From Oopsacas minuta (taxonomy: Eukaryota; Animalia; Porifera): 64,000 bases of DNA. The position numbers were made by a program, and so were the translations under genes. Under the pieces are notes generated by a model. It was not told the DNA's origin, made no database searches, and saw only the letters and a program-made list of their open reading frames with translations. Shown piece after piece: positions 27,346 through 40,104 of the stretch; the first letter of the stretch is position 1; every line of letters starts with the position of its first letter. Location of the stretch: the NCBI GenBank assembly GCA_024704765.1, contig JAKMXF010000321.1:1-64000 (forward strand), read 5' to 3'.

Positions 27346-27752
27346 TTGCTAAAGCATGCGAATCATAATTGCAATTAGATTGGTTACGTATTCAATTCAG
27401 AGATATCAGTAATGCTCGTGAAGTCGCGAAATAACAAATCAATCATATTGCAAGTAAAACAGCTGACTGACTTCTGCTCGGGGATATTCTAGGCTTCTAA
27501 CCAATCAGATTGCAGGATTTCTAATATCATTTTGGAATATTTCTAAAAATTTGAAATCACATCTGTGTTAACCAACCAATCAGAATAAAGCTTTGTACAT
27601 ACCTAACCGGTTACTAGGTCGCTAGGGAAATCTACTGGTAGCCCCAGGTACAGCTACAGGCTCCCAGAGGTTCAAATTACAGTATAACTGGATAAGTAAC
27701 AATTATTGTCTTATATTCTTAGAAATAACAAATTTGGTATTCACGAATATTA

Positions 27753-27908
27753 TTAAAGGTGTTAGAATATCACATTTCTCAGTCCTGATCCCCTAACCCC
27801 CTACATGAAGATATCACCTCCCTTAAAGGTGTTAGAATATCATATTTCTCAGTCCTGATCCCCTAACCCCTTACATGAAGACATCACCTCCCTCCCTTAA
27901 AGGTGTTA
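27753..27908. repeat. 70/74-bp tandem repeat, about 2.2 copies
   Basis: TTAAAGGTGTTAGAATATCA..CCCCTAACCCC.. starts at 27753, 27823 and 27897. Confidence 0.9.
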
Positions 27909-28007
27909 AAATATGAATATAAAGATAATTAGTTTAATAAGGAAATCAAATGTGAATAACACTCTATAAGACAGTTCTTAAGTGATCTCTCAAGTCGCTT
28001 TGGCTGA

Positions 28008-28889
28008 TTAAACTGTATATGTTAATAATCTGGTGAGGTGTCGCCGGTACAGATCCTGGTCCTGATTAATCTCTAGCATCTCCGAACTGGCGCCTAATCC
28101 TAGCCCTACACATTCCTGGAAGAACTTGTTCCTGTCCTGTCCAAGGGAGAGGAATGGGCGAGCTGGGTAGGATATTTCGTTAGCGTTATATGTATATGAA
28201 ATAAAGAGACACACGTGTATCCCCTCTCTCACCTCTCTAATATTAAGAAAGGTCCTCTCTCTGGAGTATTGTTCCATCAGCATAAACAGGAACACAATAT
28301 GAGACTCACAAACAAAGTTCTTATTTGTCCACCTGCAGTCTTGGAGAGATTTATCCATTGAGATTACCCACTTAGCAACCTCGGCAGCTGTAGGCTTTAA
28401 ACACATTCCTGCGCATAGCTTGACAACGAAGCGACCAAACGCTTTGAGGAGCAGGCCAATATTGGACTTATTCACGCGGGTAATTATGTTCATATCTTGA
28501 TACAGCTGTTCAAGCTCTGTTAGCTGAGGTTTGGAGTCAATAGGATCCTCAGGGGTAACATCAATCTGGGGGAAGGATTGGGAGAGAGGAACAGGGGTCT
28601 TTTTGGAGGACTTCTGGTCCTTTCCGTCAGTGCGGGGCTGTCTTAGACCCAGTCGCGTGACGGCTACGGTAGCAAACTTCTTTAGTTTTGCGTTAAGATT
28701 GAGTTTGGAGGGAGGATGAATGGACATCGCGGTCCTTACAGAATTAGATCTCTGGGGGAGAGAGGAGGGGTCGTACAGTGGTCTGGCGTTCTGTAGCTTC
28801 TCGTAATGTTGAGCTATATTGCCAGTGGTCTGTGATTGTGGAATTGTCTCCTGCTGAATCGTGGCAGTCACTGAATGCGTAGAACCCAT
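28008..28889 (-). CDS. CDK5R1: CDK5 activator p35/p39-like, single exon
   Basis: N-myristoylation-type start MGSTHS. LLKAFGRF..KWVISMDKSL..HIVFLFML..CLFISYTYNANEISYPARPFL..SSEMLEIN aligns to the p35 activation domain. Confidence 0.88.
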   Translation of the reverse strand: MGSTHSVTATIQQETIPQSQTTGNIAQHYEKLQNARPLYDPSSLPQRSNSVRTAMSIHPPSKLNLNAKLKKFATVAVTRLGLRQPRTDGKDQKSSKKTPVPLSQSFPQIDVTPEDPIDSKPQLTELEQLYQDMNIITRVNKSNIGLLLKAFGRFVVKLCAGMCLKPTAAEVAKWVISMDKSLQDCRWTNKNFVCESHIVFLFMLMEQYSRERTFLNIREVREGIHVCLFISYTYNANEISYPARPFLSLGQDRNKFFQECVGLGLGASSEMLEINQDQDLYRRHLTRLLTYTV

Positions 28890-29606
28890 ATTATGTAAAA
28901 TATTAATATTGCTGAAAAATGAAAGTTTTAACTGAGTTAATAAATCTTCCTTTTATACTAAACAGACACAATAAAGCGCCTAACAATCCAGGTGGTTGAT
29001 TGGTTAATACGGGTTCTAACAGATATCGTATGTTAGTGACATATGTCAGGGTTCCCATGGAAACCGAAGGAATGTCAAAACACAAAAAGAACGTGGAAAT
29101 TAAAGAAATTTTAAGCCATCAAAGTTGCACAAAAACAAAGAGAATGACTGATATGAAAATGTACATAAATAGGACTATAAAAGGCGTGAATAACTGGAAC
29201 TAATATTTGTACTACTCATCTTAAGATCACTGATACGCCATACGTACATAAAATATGATTATTTGAGATTCTAGGTGTGAAGTGGCAGTAATAGATGTCA
29301 GCAAATATCTACGCCTTAAAATTGAAAGCTTTAAAGTTCTGAATACTTTCAGTAGCCAATGAAACTGCTAGTTTCCCTGAATTGAGACATGGTGATTCTA
29401 ACCAAAAATATGAATATTTAATAACACCTGTAAAGTATATGCGAGACTTGTGGTGTCAGCCAATCAGATCGGAGAAATCTGTGTATATTACCATGGCAAC
29501 AGAATATAATTATGGAATGCTATCTCTCTATAAACGGACGAATCAGATTAGAGTTTAGAAACTACGGAGATAATGTGAATAGTACGTAAATGCGTTAGTG
29601 TACAAA

Positions 29607-32600
29607 CTAGCTAGAATGTTTAGGGAGAGACAGACTCAGAGCAGATACACCTAGATAATCAGCTGATCTGTATTTAGTCTGGATAGCCTGCTGAGAAAAG
29701 TTAGGCGCCGAATGGAACTGTAGGTGTAAGAGTGTCCTACAGGTTTGTATCTCAAACCAATGATATCCAGTATGACGTGTTAAGGAGGAGCTCCATCCAG
29801 GAAGACCTACAGTCTCAGCTGACAGAGAGACAGCTGATGCTGCTACCATAGAGGGATTGTACCTATACGATATACGGAACTATTAATATGGAACTGAAAC
29901 CATAAATAGTAACTACTCCGTTTGTGTATTATCATCCCCTCAAATAGTTTGAGTAATTTTATAATAAACCACAAAATTATGATTATTACAAATGTGATTT
30001 GTTGATGAAAATATTCTATGAAAATACAATAAATTCTAATATTTTAAAGTGTTAAGTTATGTGATTCGCAATCATTCGATCCATCCGATCACTCGATAAA
30101 CTGACGACCAATCAGATTGCAGTGTTATTAAATAATTCACAGAATTAATTATTCATATAAACAGAATATTAGCCAATCAAAATGACTTCTTGTTTAAATG
30201 TATTATTTTGGTTGCTAGGTAATTCACAAAGGAATTGAAATATTAATAAAGTATATTAGATAATATTTATTAGGAATTACACTATTACGGACATTACAGT
30301 ATTACGGGTATTATGCTATTAATATTTGCCATACAGAACTAGCTAATACATAGCTAGGGGTAAATACCCCTAGGGGATTATTTAATTCAGTTGGTTCCAT
30401 ATTATGACACTAGCGATAGTTAGTTCCATATTGATATACAGTAATAGAGCAACCGGTTTTTCGGGACAAAATGACCTATGCCCTATTAAGCTGAGTCTCT
30501 GTATATCAATATGGAACTAACTATCGCTAGTGTCATAATATGGAACCAACTAAATCAAATTCTACATTAGCTAGTATGTATATTGTAAACAAAATTTGTA
30601 TATTAAAGATAATAGAAGAATAAATAAATTCTTTGCTAGTATTCCAGAGAAGTTAGCAATCATATTAACTATAGAAGGGTAACAAATGGACCAGACCCCT
30701 ATGGGCCCAACTACACCCCTAATATTATTGGTGTAACAATTTACAAACAAATCATACCATTACGTGACGTCACGGATATAGCTCTGCAAATTTATCAGAA
30801 ATGAAATCAGTTGCGAGGAAGTATGACTCTAAAATTACATAATTGTACTTCAAACTGGAACTAACTCAATTTCCAGTTTGAAAGGATTTGAACTAAACCA
30901 AATAATTTGACGCATTTGATTGGATAAATTCTAATAAAAGATATTTGAAAGAGAAAGAGTAATAACTCCAGACAGCGATCTGATTGGTTGACAGATCAAT
31001 AAAAGGTGACGAATGCGTCTCTGATAATTGAAATAATTGTCTGTGCCAATTTTGCAAACAATAAACTAATAATACAGGAGGATATGAGTAATATTCACAC
31101 CTTGGGGTAGAGAGAAGGGATGATATTCGTATTACTAATTGAATTAAGGAAATTCTATCTGTAATTAGTCATTATTCACATACCTGAGAATTATTTTGTC
31201 GTTAAGGAGAGCAAGCTCACAGAGGTACGCCACCAGGTGTTTGAAATTGTCAGGGGAGGGGGTGACCGCTCGTATGAACCTCTCCGCGAATAAATGAGCT
31301 GTAGGCGCCAAAAGATTGAATTCCAAAGCCTACATACATAGCAACCGATCAACCAATCTCATTTTGTAGAATTAAATAATTAAACTATGAATTTGATTGG
31401 TCAGAAAGGTCAGAATAATTAGATTTGATTGTTTTTCCTAAAAAGTAAAAATAATGGAAATATGAATCACGAGTGAATGATTATTAATATTGTGTCGCCT
31501 CAAAATACACAGTATACATTACAAAACAACAATTACGTAACCAGCCACATGGACACAATAGTAAACGAGATAAATACAATCAAGAAATTTACATTGTTAG
31601 CGTTGCTATGCAGAAGTTATCAAAATTGAATATTTTAAAAGGATGCCATCGCCATGGTAACGTAAGATATCATACACATTTGGCGCCACAATTAAATAAT
31701 CATATGAACATAATTAAATCCACAAATAATCACAAAAAATAATGTTTTGACTACAAAAGTGTTTAAGGACATTTTGTTACTGTAGCGCTATGATAGTGCA
31801 TTCCATATAAACATTGTGAAACCAAGATATGTCGAGTAAACATTCTTGTAAGATTCGTTGCTATGGAAACTAATAAATATATAAATTTAAGGAAATCATT
31901 CCAAAATAGAAAATAAACAAAGATCTGTAGAAAACAGCTGACCAATCAATTTCTATTTACCTACCAGGTGATGTTATCTAGACTCTTAAACATTCCTGAC
32001 TATTAGCATAGCAACGGGTGGTTAGTGGCAGGATACACACTGAGGTGTTGAAAATACAGCTGACCAATCAAATAGAGCATAAATATTGTCACAAGATCAT
32101 GTCCTACCAGTTTTAGGCGGGTTATCAGGATTTAGGCGCCAATTCTAGGCGGGTGATTAGAGGTATAATTCTGGCGGGTAATAAAATGTATTTATATAAC
32201 AACCTTGAGTATGAGTGCTTCCATTCGCACAACCTGTCTCTTAGTGTATGTATCATCTGTTATGAAAGCAAACTCTGACAATTCGGGCGGGTAAATCTCT
32301 TCAAATTTACTAGCTACATACATACAACATGTCCCCACCAGCTGTAGCTTAGTCCTGCTGACTGACATTAGTGATAGGAACCTGTCTATGTAATTAATAG
32401 CAAGGAAGAGGGTCTGAGTCTTAAGCTTATACTCAGTGGATACTTCTACTAGCCAGTCTACTAGGATAGCTCGCATACCTATAAGACAGATTGGTTGTTA
32501 AGAAGAGGACAGTACTCTTCCATATAATAATAACAAGTTAGTCGTTATATGAATTGTATAGGCACAGGGTTCCAGAAGTGTCCTCCTTTCCAGAGACCGC

Positions 32601-34107
32601 GTTTCTTGGCGGTCACACTGTAGTTAGTGGACCATGGGTTACAAATATGAAACTAGCTAATGTATATACATCACACCTTCATTTATATCCTGCTGCTTAG
32701 AGAGATAAGCTACAGCAGGCATGTATCTACTCTGTATACCCTTTAGGTATATAAACGCCCCCTGAGCATACTCAGGACATAATAAGTACTGAGTACTGAT
32801 ACAGTCCAAGTCCAAGAGAGGATCAGTTAGCTGGGCAGCAGGGGATTGCATGATTATGTCATTTTTGACAGGGGTACAGGACAGCTCTGTTGTCTGAGGG
32901 AGGAGGATAAGATGTGAAGTGGCAGGGTCTGATATACGAGTGGTCTGGAGAACGGGTCTGTTAGAGAGACGGAGATAGGGACCAGAGGGAGGATTCTCTT
33001 TGGAGATCTTCGGATTAGCTCTCCTAAAGGATGGACTATGTATAATGATTATAATTATATATTTGTTTGTTTTATCTATACATCTACACAAGCGTTTCCA
33101 AACCATTTTCAGTAGCGGACACCAAGGGCTCCATGTACCACAGGATGTGTACTCCTGACCTATACAACAGCAAGGACCATGGATAACTTACTGATCAATA
33201 GTATTCATTTTAGAGAATGTTTGCAGGAAAGAAGAATTCAAACTTTGATTCATAACTACTCCAGAACTAACACCTCCTTGAGTAACAGCTATTTGTGAAG
33301 TAACAGAACTGGAATTAGAATCAGAATTAGTTCCAGTTTGAGAAATAACACCTAGAGGTTTCCGTTTCATTTCAGGAGCAGTTAAGTGTATTTGTGACCC
33401 TCCTTTCATGGTGTTAGTGGCAGAGACACGATGCAGAGCAGAGCTAAGTGTCCCTGACTTCGTTAGTGCTACACGTCTCGACACATCTGGATGAGGTCCT
33501 TGTGTCACAGGGTGTGAAGTGGCAGAAGTGGTATGCGCCCCTATAAACACATAACTCAAATATGTCTCCAAGAACCAAATGAGATAATACCTTTAGATTG
33601 TGTCACTACAACTCGTGGCTTATTCTCGTCCCCCTTGTTCGCAGGTACACGGACCTTAACGAGGTGTTGCTTAGCCCCCCCCAAGGGCGCAGGCTCCTGT
33701 TTGGGTACATAGGGTATAACTTGAGCAGATTTCTTCTTAGTGAAAGGGTTACCGAATATTGTCCTCCTCTCTCGTGGGATAGGGAGACGGGATACGGGGT
33801 CTACGTTCTCTTGGTCAGAGATCCTGTCTCCTTTCTTCTTGAAGGGTGCGGTCTTGTCCTGGAGGGAAGATTTGTTCCTCTCATCACTTGACACCTTTGC
33901 CTTATCAGCTGCTGCTTGGACAACTGTCTTCTTGAGTCGTATGGTAGGTCTGTTGGACAGAATATTCTGGAAAGAAGTCAAGGGGTTCCTTTTGGTCCTC
34001 TTGCTCTCACTGGTCGGGAGACCAATATTCTCTCCCTCCCGCTTGACTTGTCGCCCCCTTGTTGACAAGTTCTCAAACTTATTTGTACGTTTGAGCGCAA
34101 AATCCAT
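29607..34107 (-). CDS. CCNA: Cyclin A; exons approx. 34107-33591, 33540-33192, 33035-~32670, ~32478-32204, 31329-31184, 29862-29607 (possible extra mini-exon ~33159-33088)
   Basis: D-boxes RNPLTSFQN and [78 protein letters not shown]. Confidence 0.92.
30389..30551. repeat. Perfect 53-bp inverted repeat with 57-bp spacer in a cyclin A intron (MITE-like / foldback)
   Basis: Arm 30389-30441 is the exact reverse complement of 30499-30551. Confidence 0.92.
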
Positions 34108-34798
34108 AAAATAAACAAACAAACAAAAAAAGACTAAAAAAATACAAAAATATAAATCCCAATTTTACAAATTTGTGCCTATTATTTATGGCGCACTATG
34201 GATTAGAATAATTCTATTTTTAGTAGCAATGCATATTTCTATTGAATTGTTTAGTCTCTGTTTGGTTGTTAAGATAAGGTGATTAGGTAACAAATATGAA
34301 AAATAAATAATTGAAGTTATAAATATAATTAGGACCAAATTAGCGCCACTTGACACCTCTATGTGAGGGCAATTCATAATGTTATTAATAAGGGGATGTG
34401 GTTCTACTCTACCCTTGTATGGTTGTACCGATTCTAATACCACTTATACTGATAGATCAGGGTGCAGGGCCGTGGGGAGAGGAACATGTTAGCATAGCAA
34501 TATAAAGTGCGACCGGACTTATCAGTAATATCCAATAGCGGGGCTCTCAAACTGGGAACTTTCAAAATAGTGAGATTTATGATTTAGTATTAGCTTTCCA
34601 TGAAAAGACCAGGAACTTTGTTGTATATGCAGACGCCAATCGTGAGAGCCCTGCGAGGTGTACTCCCAATCTGACAATCACATAAATACTAACACCTTGT
34701 AACAGTTCTCTGGATACCATTCTCGATTTCACTGAATTCTCAAAATGTTCCCTCTACAAGGTTGCTAATTTCTAGTCTTGCCCCCTCCCTATACACCG

Positions 34799-34850
34799 GG
34801 GTTGCCGCGGGTACAGAATTTCAATACCATTTCTATACCCGTGGCAACCC
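34799..34850. repeat. GC-rich hairpin (20-bp arms, 12-nt loop) with hAT-like GGGTTGCC ends
   Basis: GGGTTGCCGCGGGTACAGAA pairs with TTCTATACCCGTGGCAACCC (18/20 Watson-Crick, 1 GU, 1 mismatch). Confidence 0.75.
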
Positions 34851-34989
34851 TGTTCTATACCCATTCTACTAATCAGCTGTTTATGATTTAATAAGAAATT
34901 ATAAAAATAGAATCTAAATTGAATAATTATTCAATAAAATAAAAGCAGTCATCATATATACATGTTTAGATAAATAACAATAAAAGCTG

Positions 34990-37900
34990 TCACAGAGAGG
35001 AGAGGTAGGGGGCAGTAGGGGTAGGAGGATCCTCACTTAGTTCTCTCAAATAGGAACTAATTATAAAGTGAACCGATATGTATTGTTCCTATAGAATATA
35101 ACATTATAAAACATAGTTACGGCTGTTGATTAACAGGTGTGAAAATATCTACAAATTATTTGCTAATCTAATTAGTCTTAGTATAATTCAATAGACTGCA
35201 ATCTCATTGGTCATTTAAAACGTGCAAAAGGTGTGAAAAATATAAACACTAAAATTCTTGATCCCAGGTGATCATCTACACCCCTGTACCAATCCTAGAG
35301 GTCACAGAAAGTTCCAAACGGACACACTGACTTTACAAATAATAATTTCCCAAAAATGAAATATGATTAACCATTACTAATTATAGTTCCATATGTAAAT
35401 GCAATATTTAGAGTTGAGAGGTGTTAATATATGAATAATCATTCATATCTCATAAATAATAATATCTCTGCGGACAATTTATTCCAAAGGTCATATTAGT
35501 GGTTTCGTAATATAATTACAAATTGTATGAGACATAAATATGAGATAACACTTCCATAAAAGTACACATTCCTGGATGATTAATCGTAACTAAGTAATTA
35601 ATTGATATTATTCACGTTTCGTAATCTAAGATGAATTCCAATTTATTAGCGTCAAAATTGAATAATTAATTGTGTTTGGTTGTGTGTAGGATTTGGAATT
35701 TATAGAATGGAAACCGTCACAGATATTACAGATTATATTTCTAATATTTTAAGCAACCAAACTGTTAGGTAATATAATTATGAATGTATGACTATTCTCC
35801 TAATAATTGTATTCTGTATGATGTATGTATCAGACACAGAACCAATCAAGTTACAGTTTCAAATAGGTGTTAACATTATTATTAACCACTTTAACCAATA
35901 GAATATCAGTCTATACATACTGGATACCTAAAATCTGATAGGTCGACACATTTTATCACCTATCTCAGGGAGTTTTAGGGAAATCGCTTTGATATTTACA
36001 GACATTCTTAGTTAATCATATTCTACACACATGCCAAATTTGGAGTTCATATCTCTTACCATTAATAATTTACATCTTCTTAGTTACCATTATGGGTATT
36101 AACTATGTGACAACTCACCAATGAATTTATCATATACTGCCTGTTGTACCGGATCCTCTTAGCCACTTGAAATATATCCACATTATTTTCACACTTAATC
36201 TGACGAATAGAAATCAGGGCTGTGATTAGCACCCCTGTAGCACCAGATCCATCCTTACAGTGTATTATAATTGGTCTTATTGGTTTCTGTTCTTGACACT
36301 TTTCAATCAGCTGTGCTACTTGTAATAACCGTTGCATACAGTCAATTGTTGTACCAAATTCACCCGCCTTAGTCCAATCCAGAAGTGTCACAAGTGTGAA
36401 CTCGTGTGCCTCTGCAAATGCCACATTAACAAGTTTCAAACGGTTGATGAGAGGGTGGATAAATGTGTTCTCGTTCATGAGGGTGTACCCACTGAACTCA
36501 TGCTGGGTCATGGGATCGGGCCAGTATTTGATCCTCCCTTCGTCATATTTCATGTCCTCAAATTCCAAATAACTCGCTAGTAACACAACAACAGGTGATT
36601 TTGTTTGGTAAATAAGTTGCATCAAATCCCTCACAGAGTCTGATACAGGCAATTGTGTCGCGATAAAAGTGGCATAGCTATCATACCCATCGACATAACT
36701 AGCGTTAATGTAATCACTGCCATCCCAGTAGGGGGCAGTAAGAACCACACGGCAGTCATCATAAGGTAGAACAGAGGTGTCAGGGTTAATCACATCCACT
36801 TCAAAAGCCCGCTCGATCGTCCGTGTGAACGATTTTTCTGTCTGATAATCTAACTCATGGAATTGTGTCGTAAACACAGGACTGTGAGTCAGCATTCGTG
36901 ACTGGTAGAATCCATGGAAGTTATTCATGTGTATACTCGTGTCTCCGTGGATTAGTTCTAATACCGTAAGATATATGAACCTATACTGGAGCCAAGATTG
37001 TACCATCTGTGTACGATACTCCCTCATTTCATTCACAACCTTAAATATGCTCAGATTCCTGCCAGCAGCAATTGGTCCTAGCATGTTATAGAGAGCTATA
37101 AATGTCCCACTCCGACCAACACCTGCTGAGCAGTGGACACATATTGTAGAGGTGTCAGTTCCAGTTTCTAGCTTTACTTTGCGAATGAATAGGATCAGAT
37201 CCTGGGGGAACCTGGGAGCACCGAAATCTGGCCAACCAATAAACTGGAACTGTTTAACAAGGTGTTTGTCCCCGTCCTCATTACGCACCATGAGCTCCCT
37301 TGTCACCCACATCTTCTCCGTTACGAGGTTAACCAGGGTAACAAAAAACTGTCCTCTGTGCTCCCCATCTCCTACTTTATCGGGCCAGTATTTTTCACAC
37401 TTTTTCTTGTTTCCTTCCAACAGTCTAGTCAACATGACCAAATGCTTTACTTGGTTCTCCCATAACATCTCCCAGAAATCATTCACCGTATTTTCTTTCG
37501 GTCCCTGAGAAGAAATGAAATTCTGTGACGTAAGGATTCCTGGTATGTGTGACGCGTTTATGTACCCTGTTCCTGGTTCCCTGGGGTCTACTTTAAGCGC
37601 CACACGGGACCTGTCGTAGGGCAGAATGTTCCTGTACCTGTTCTTACCCTCAGCAGCTGGACTGACTGCAATATCGGCTGGATATCTCATCTCTATTCCT
37701 CCGAGGGAGTTATACTCCTGGATCAGCTGATCCTCTTCCTTCTCCCATAACTCATTAACACGATCCTTGAATTCACTCTGTACAATATCAAGGGAGAATA
37801 TGACCTCACTCTCGCATATGAAAGGGGGCATGGGGTCTATTAACATCTCTTCAGAGGGCAATTTTTCTAAGCTACTGGTACCATTCTCTGTGTATAACTC

Positions 37901-39080
37901 GTTATCCAGTTTCTGTAATTGAGACATCTTCCCTCGCTTGGAGCAGAGAAAACAACAACAAACAAACAAAAATATAATTCCTAACAAACAGCATAGTACT
38001 GCTATCAAACCTAGAGCTGCAGGTAGTGCTATTATATGAAGAGGTAATTGACTTGTCGTTATTGGTATTTTTGTTTGTCCTGAGGAGGTAGAGGTGCTGG
38101 TTAGATCTGCTGTTAATCCTGTCTGAGGTTCAGTTGTTGTTTTGGATTCTGTAGTTATTGTAGTTGTTGTTGTAGTAGTTGTTGTTGTTGTTGCAATAGT
38201 TGGAGTAGTATTTGGAGTAGTCTTAGTAGTAGTAGTTCTATCAGTTGTAGTAGGGTCAGTAATTGTTGTTGTTGTAGGAGTTGTAACTGTTGTTGTTGTT
38301 ATTATTTCAGGTGTTGTTGTAACTGATGTTGTTGTTGTTGTTGTTGGTGTTTCTGCTGTTGTAGTAGGATCAGTAATTGTTCTTGTTGTAGGAGTTGTAA
38401 CTGTTGTTGTTGTTATTATTTCAGGTGTTGTTGTTCCTGTTGTTGGTGTTGTTGTTGTTTCTGCTGTTGTAGTAGGGTCAGCAATTGTTCTTGTTGTATT
38501 AGTTGGTTCTGTAGCATCTACCATAGTGGAACTAGAACTCTGTATAGTTCCAGATGTAGTTGACGTCACACTAGGAATACTAGTCACTCCTTGAGTAGTG
38601 CTGCTAACTGGAACCATAAGTGTTAAACTAACTTCAAAGAGTATTTCCCCGCCAATTATTCTTCTACACGTATACACATTGTTATCATGTTGTGACGTCA
38701 CAGTAGGTATAATGACAGAAGGATATGATTGTGCAACACCACCAGATATCAACTCCCCTGTATCAGCACTACAGGTTATCACTAAGTTATTTGTATTCTC
38801 TACCACCTCCAGTACCTGGTTAGTAGTGTAGTTAATTGGAATGTTGTCTAAAATAACTTCTATGTGTCCTCCCTCTATAAATATTATACCATAACAACCG
38901 TTACGTACCCTAAGAATGTATTACTTACCTTTAACCTCAATATCTGTAGTTCCTAAATATGTATTCTGGTTATAGCATGTGAATTTCTTTATTCCTATTG
39001 TCTTAGTGTTTGTGTAAACAGAGTATACATTAGAGGATTTGTGTGTCTCATTAGTGGAATGTCTCTCCAGTATATATCTG

Positions 39081-39125
<45 letters not shown>

Positions 39126-39616
39126 GTTGTTGTTGTTGTTTACATCTATACAATTGTATTCTCTGTTTACAGGGTCTATATCTAGTATGTATTCGAAATT
39201 CTGAGGTGCTACTGAAGGAAACTCCACATCTATTGTGTCTATAGATACATATTGTAAACAATTTTATTGCGAACAAGTAAACAAAAATATAAATTTACAA
39301 TCTGTGCCGACAGCTACATCAATTTAATTGAAGGCAGTATAAAGCGTTAATTACGTTTAGTGCCTCCAAGTAATAGTGCCAGTTAAAAAGTAACAAAACT
39401 AACCTGTATAACACCTTTGCAGAACAACAAACACGACAATAACAAACAAACAAATTCTTAAATCCATTGCTAGCTAAAATTCATGTGCTAAAATTAAGTT
39501 AACTCAAATCTATTTATATTGAAAGTTATGGGCGCCACAAAAGCCTACAAACAATAAATCAATGAATAAGACAATAAAATTAGTTCAAAAAGCTGCCACC
39601 AATATTTCTGAATCAT
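34990..39616 (-). CDS. Receptor-type PTP A: signal exon (~39616), Ig exon 39238-38929 (frame-disrupted), main exon 38874-36090 (Ig, Thr mucin stalk, TM, D1, D2), last exon 35088-34990
   Basis: KNRYRNILPYD, GWPDFG, HCSAGVGRSGTF (intact D1). D2 is HCKDGSGA. Last exon EQYISVHFIISSYL. Confidence 0.88.
38230..38470 (-). repeat. 114-bp (38-aa) tandem duplication in the RPTP A mucin stalk
   Basis: TTTPEIITTTTVTTPTT.TITDPTTT occurs twice; ATTATTTCAG at 38301 and 38415. Confidence 0.85.
39081..39140. repeat. (AAC)n microsatellite with one AC interruption inside an Ig exon
   Basis: On the minus strand: (AAC)5-AC-(AAC)14. Confidence 0.9.
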
Positions 39617-40104
39617 TGTCTACAGACACTGAGGTTTTCGTAGGTGTTTGGCGCCAAATGCTGGTGTATCACAGAGTGTACTGAATTGTATTGAATCTAG
39701 AGAGAAGAGATTATGAGTATTATTCCATTGATTAACCAAATCACCGTCTGCTCAGAAATATGTAATCAATATCTAACAGATGGAGAATTTGTTGTTTTAG
39801 CTGTTTTCATATATCAAGAATTATCCCAATATTTGTGTATAATCACTCTTAACCGCAAAGTTGTCAATTTCAATTGGACAACTTCAAAAGTGCTGTAAGC
39901 CACAATTAATTAAAACACCTCAAAGCATTGAAGAGACACAATTATTCTCCTACAAATGCAATTTTACCATTTGCAATCTCTAGTACAGCTCCTAGAGGGA
40001 GATTCCCTTCTTTCCATCCGTCCGCAGATATATAGTTTACAATTTACATGAAGCAGGAGCATGTGTGTAATTGTTCGGACGATTGTATGTAATACGTATT
40101 AGCA

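Noticed and set aside
27753-27908. CRISPR-like or telomeric array
   Set aside because: Contiguous direct repeats with no unique spacers, only one CCCTAA per unit, and a eukaryotic context.
33036-33191. Extra cyclin A mini-exon flanked by 32- and about 52-bp introns
   Set aside because: It can be spliced in frame but has weak donors and no homology; direct 33192>33035 splicing also works. Unresolved without RNA data.
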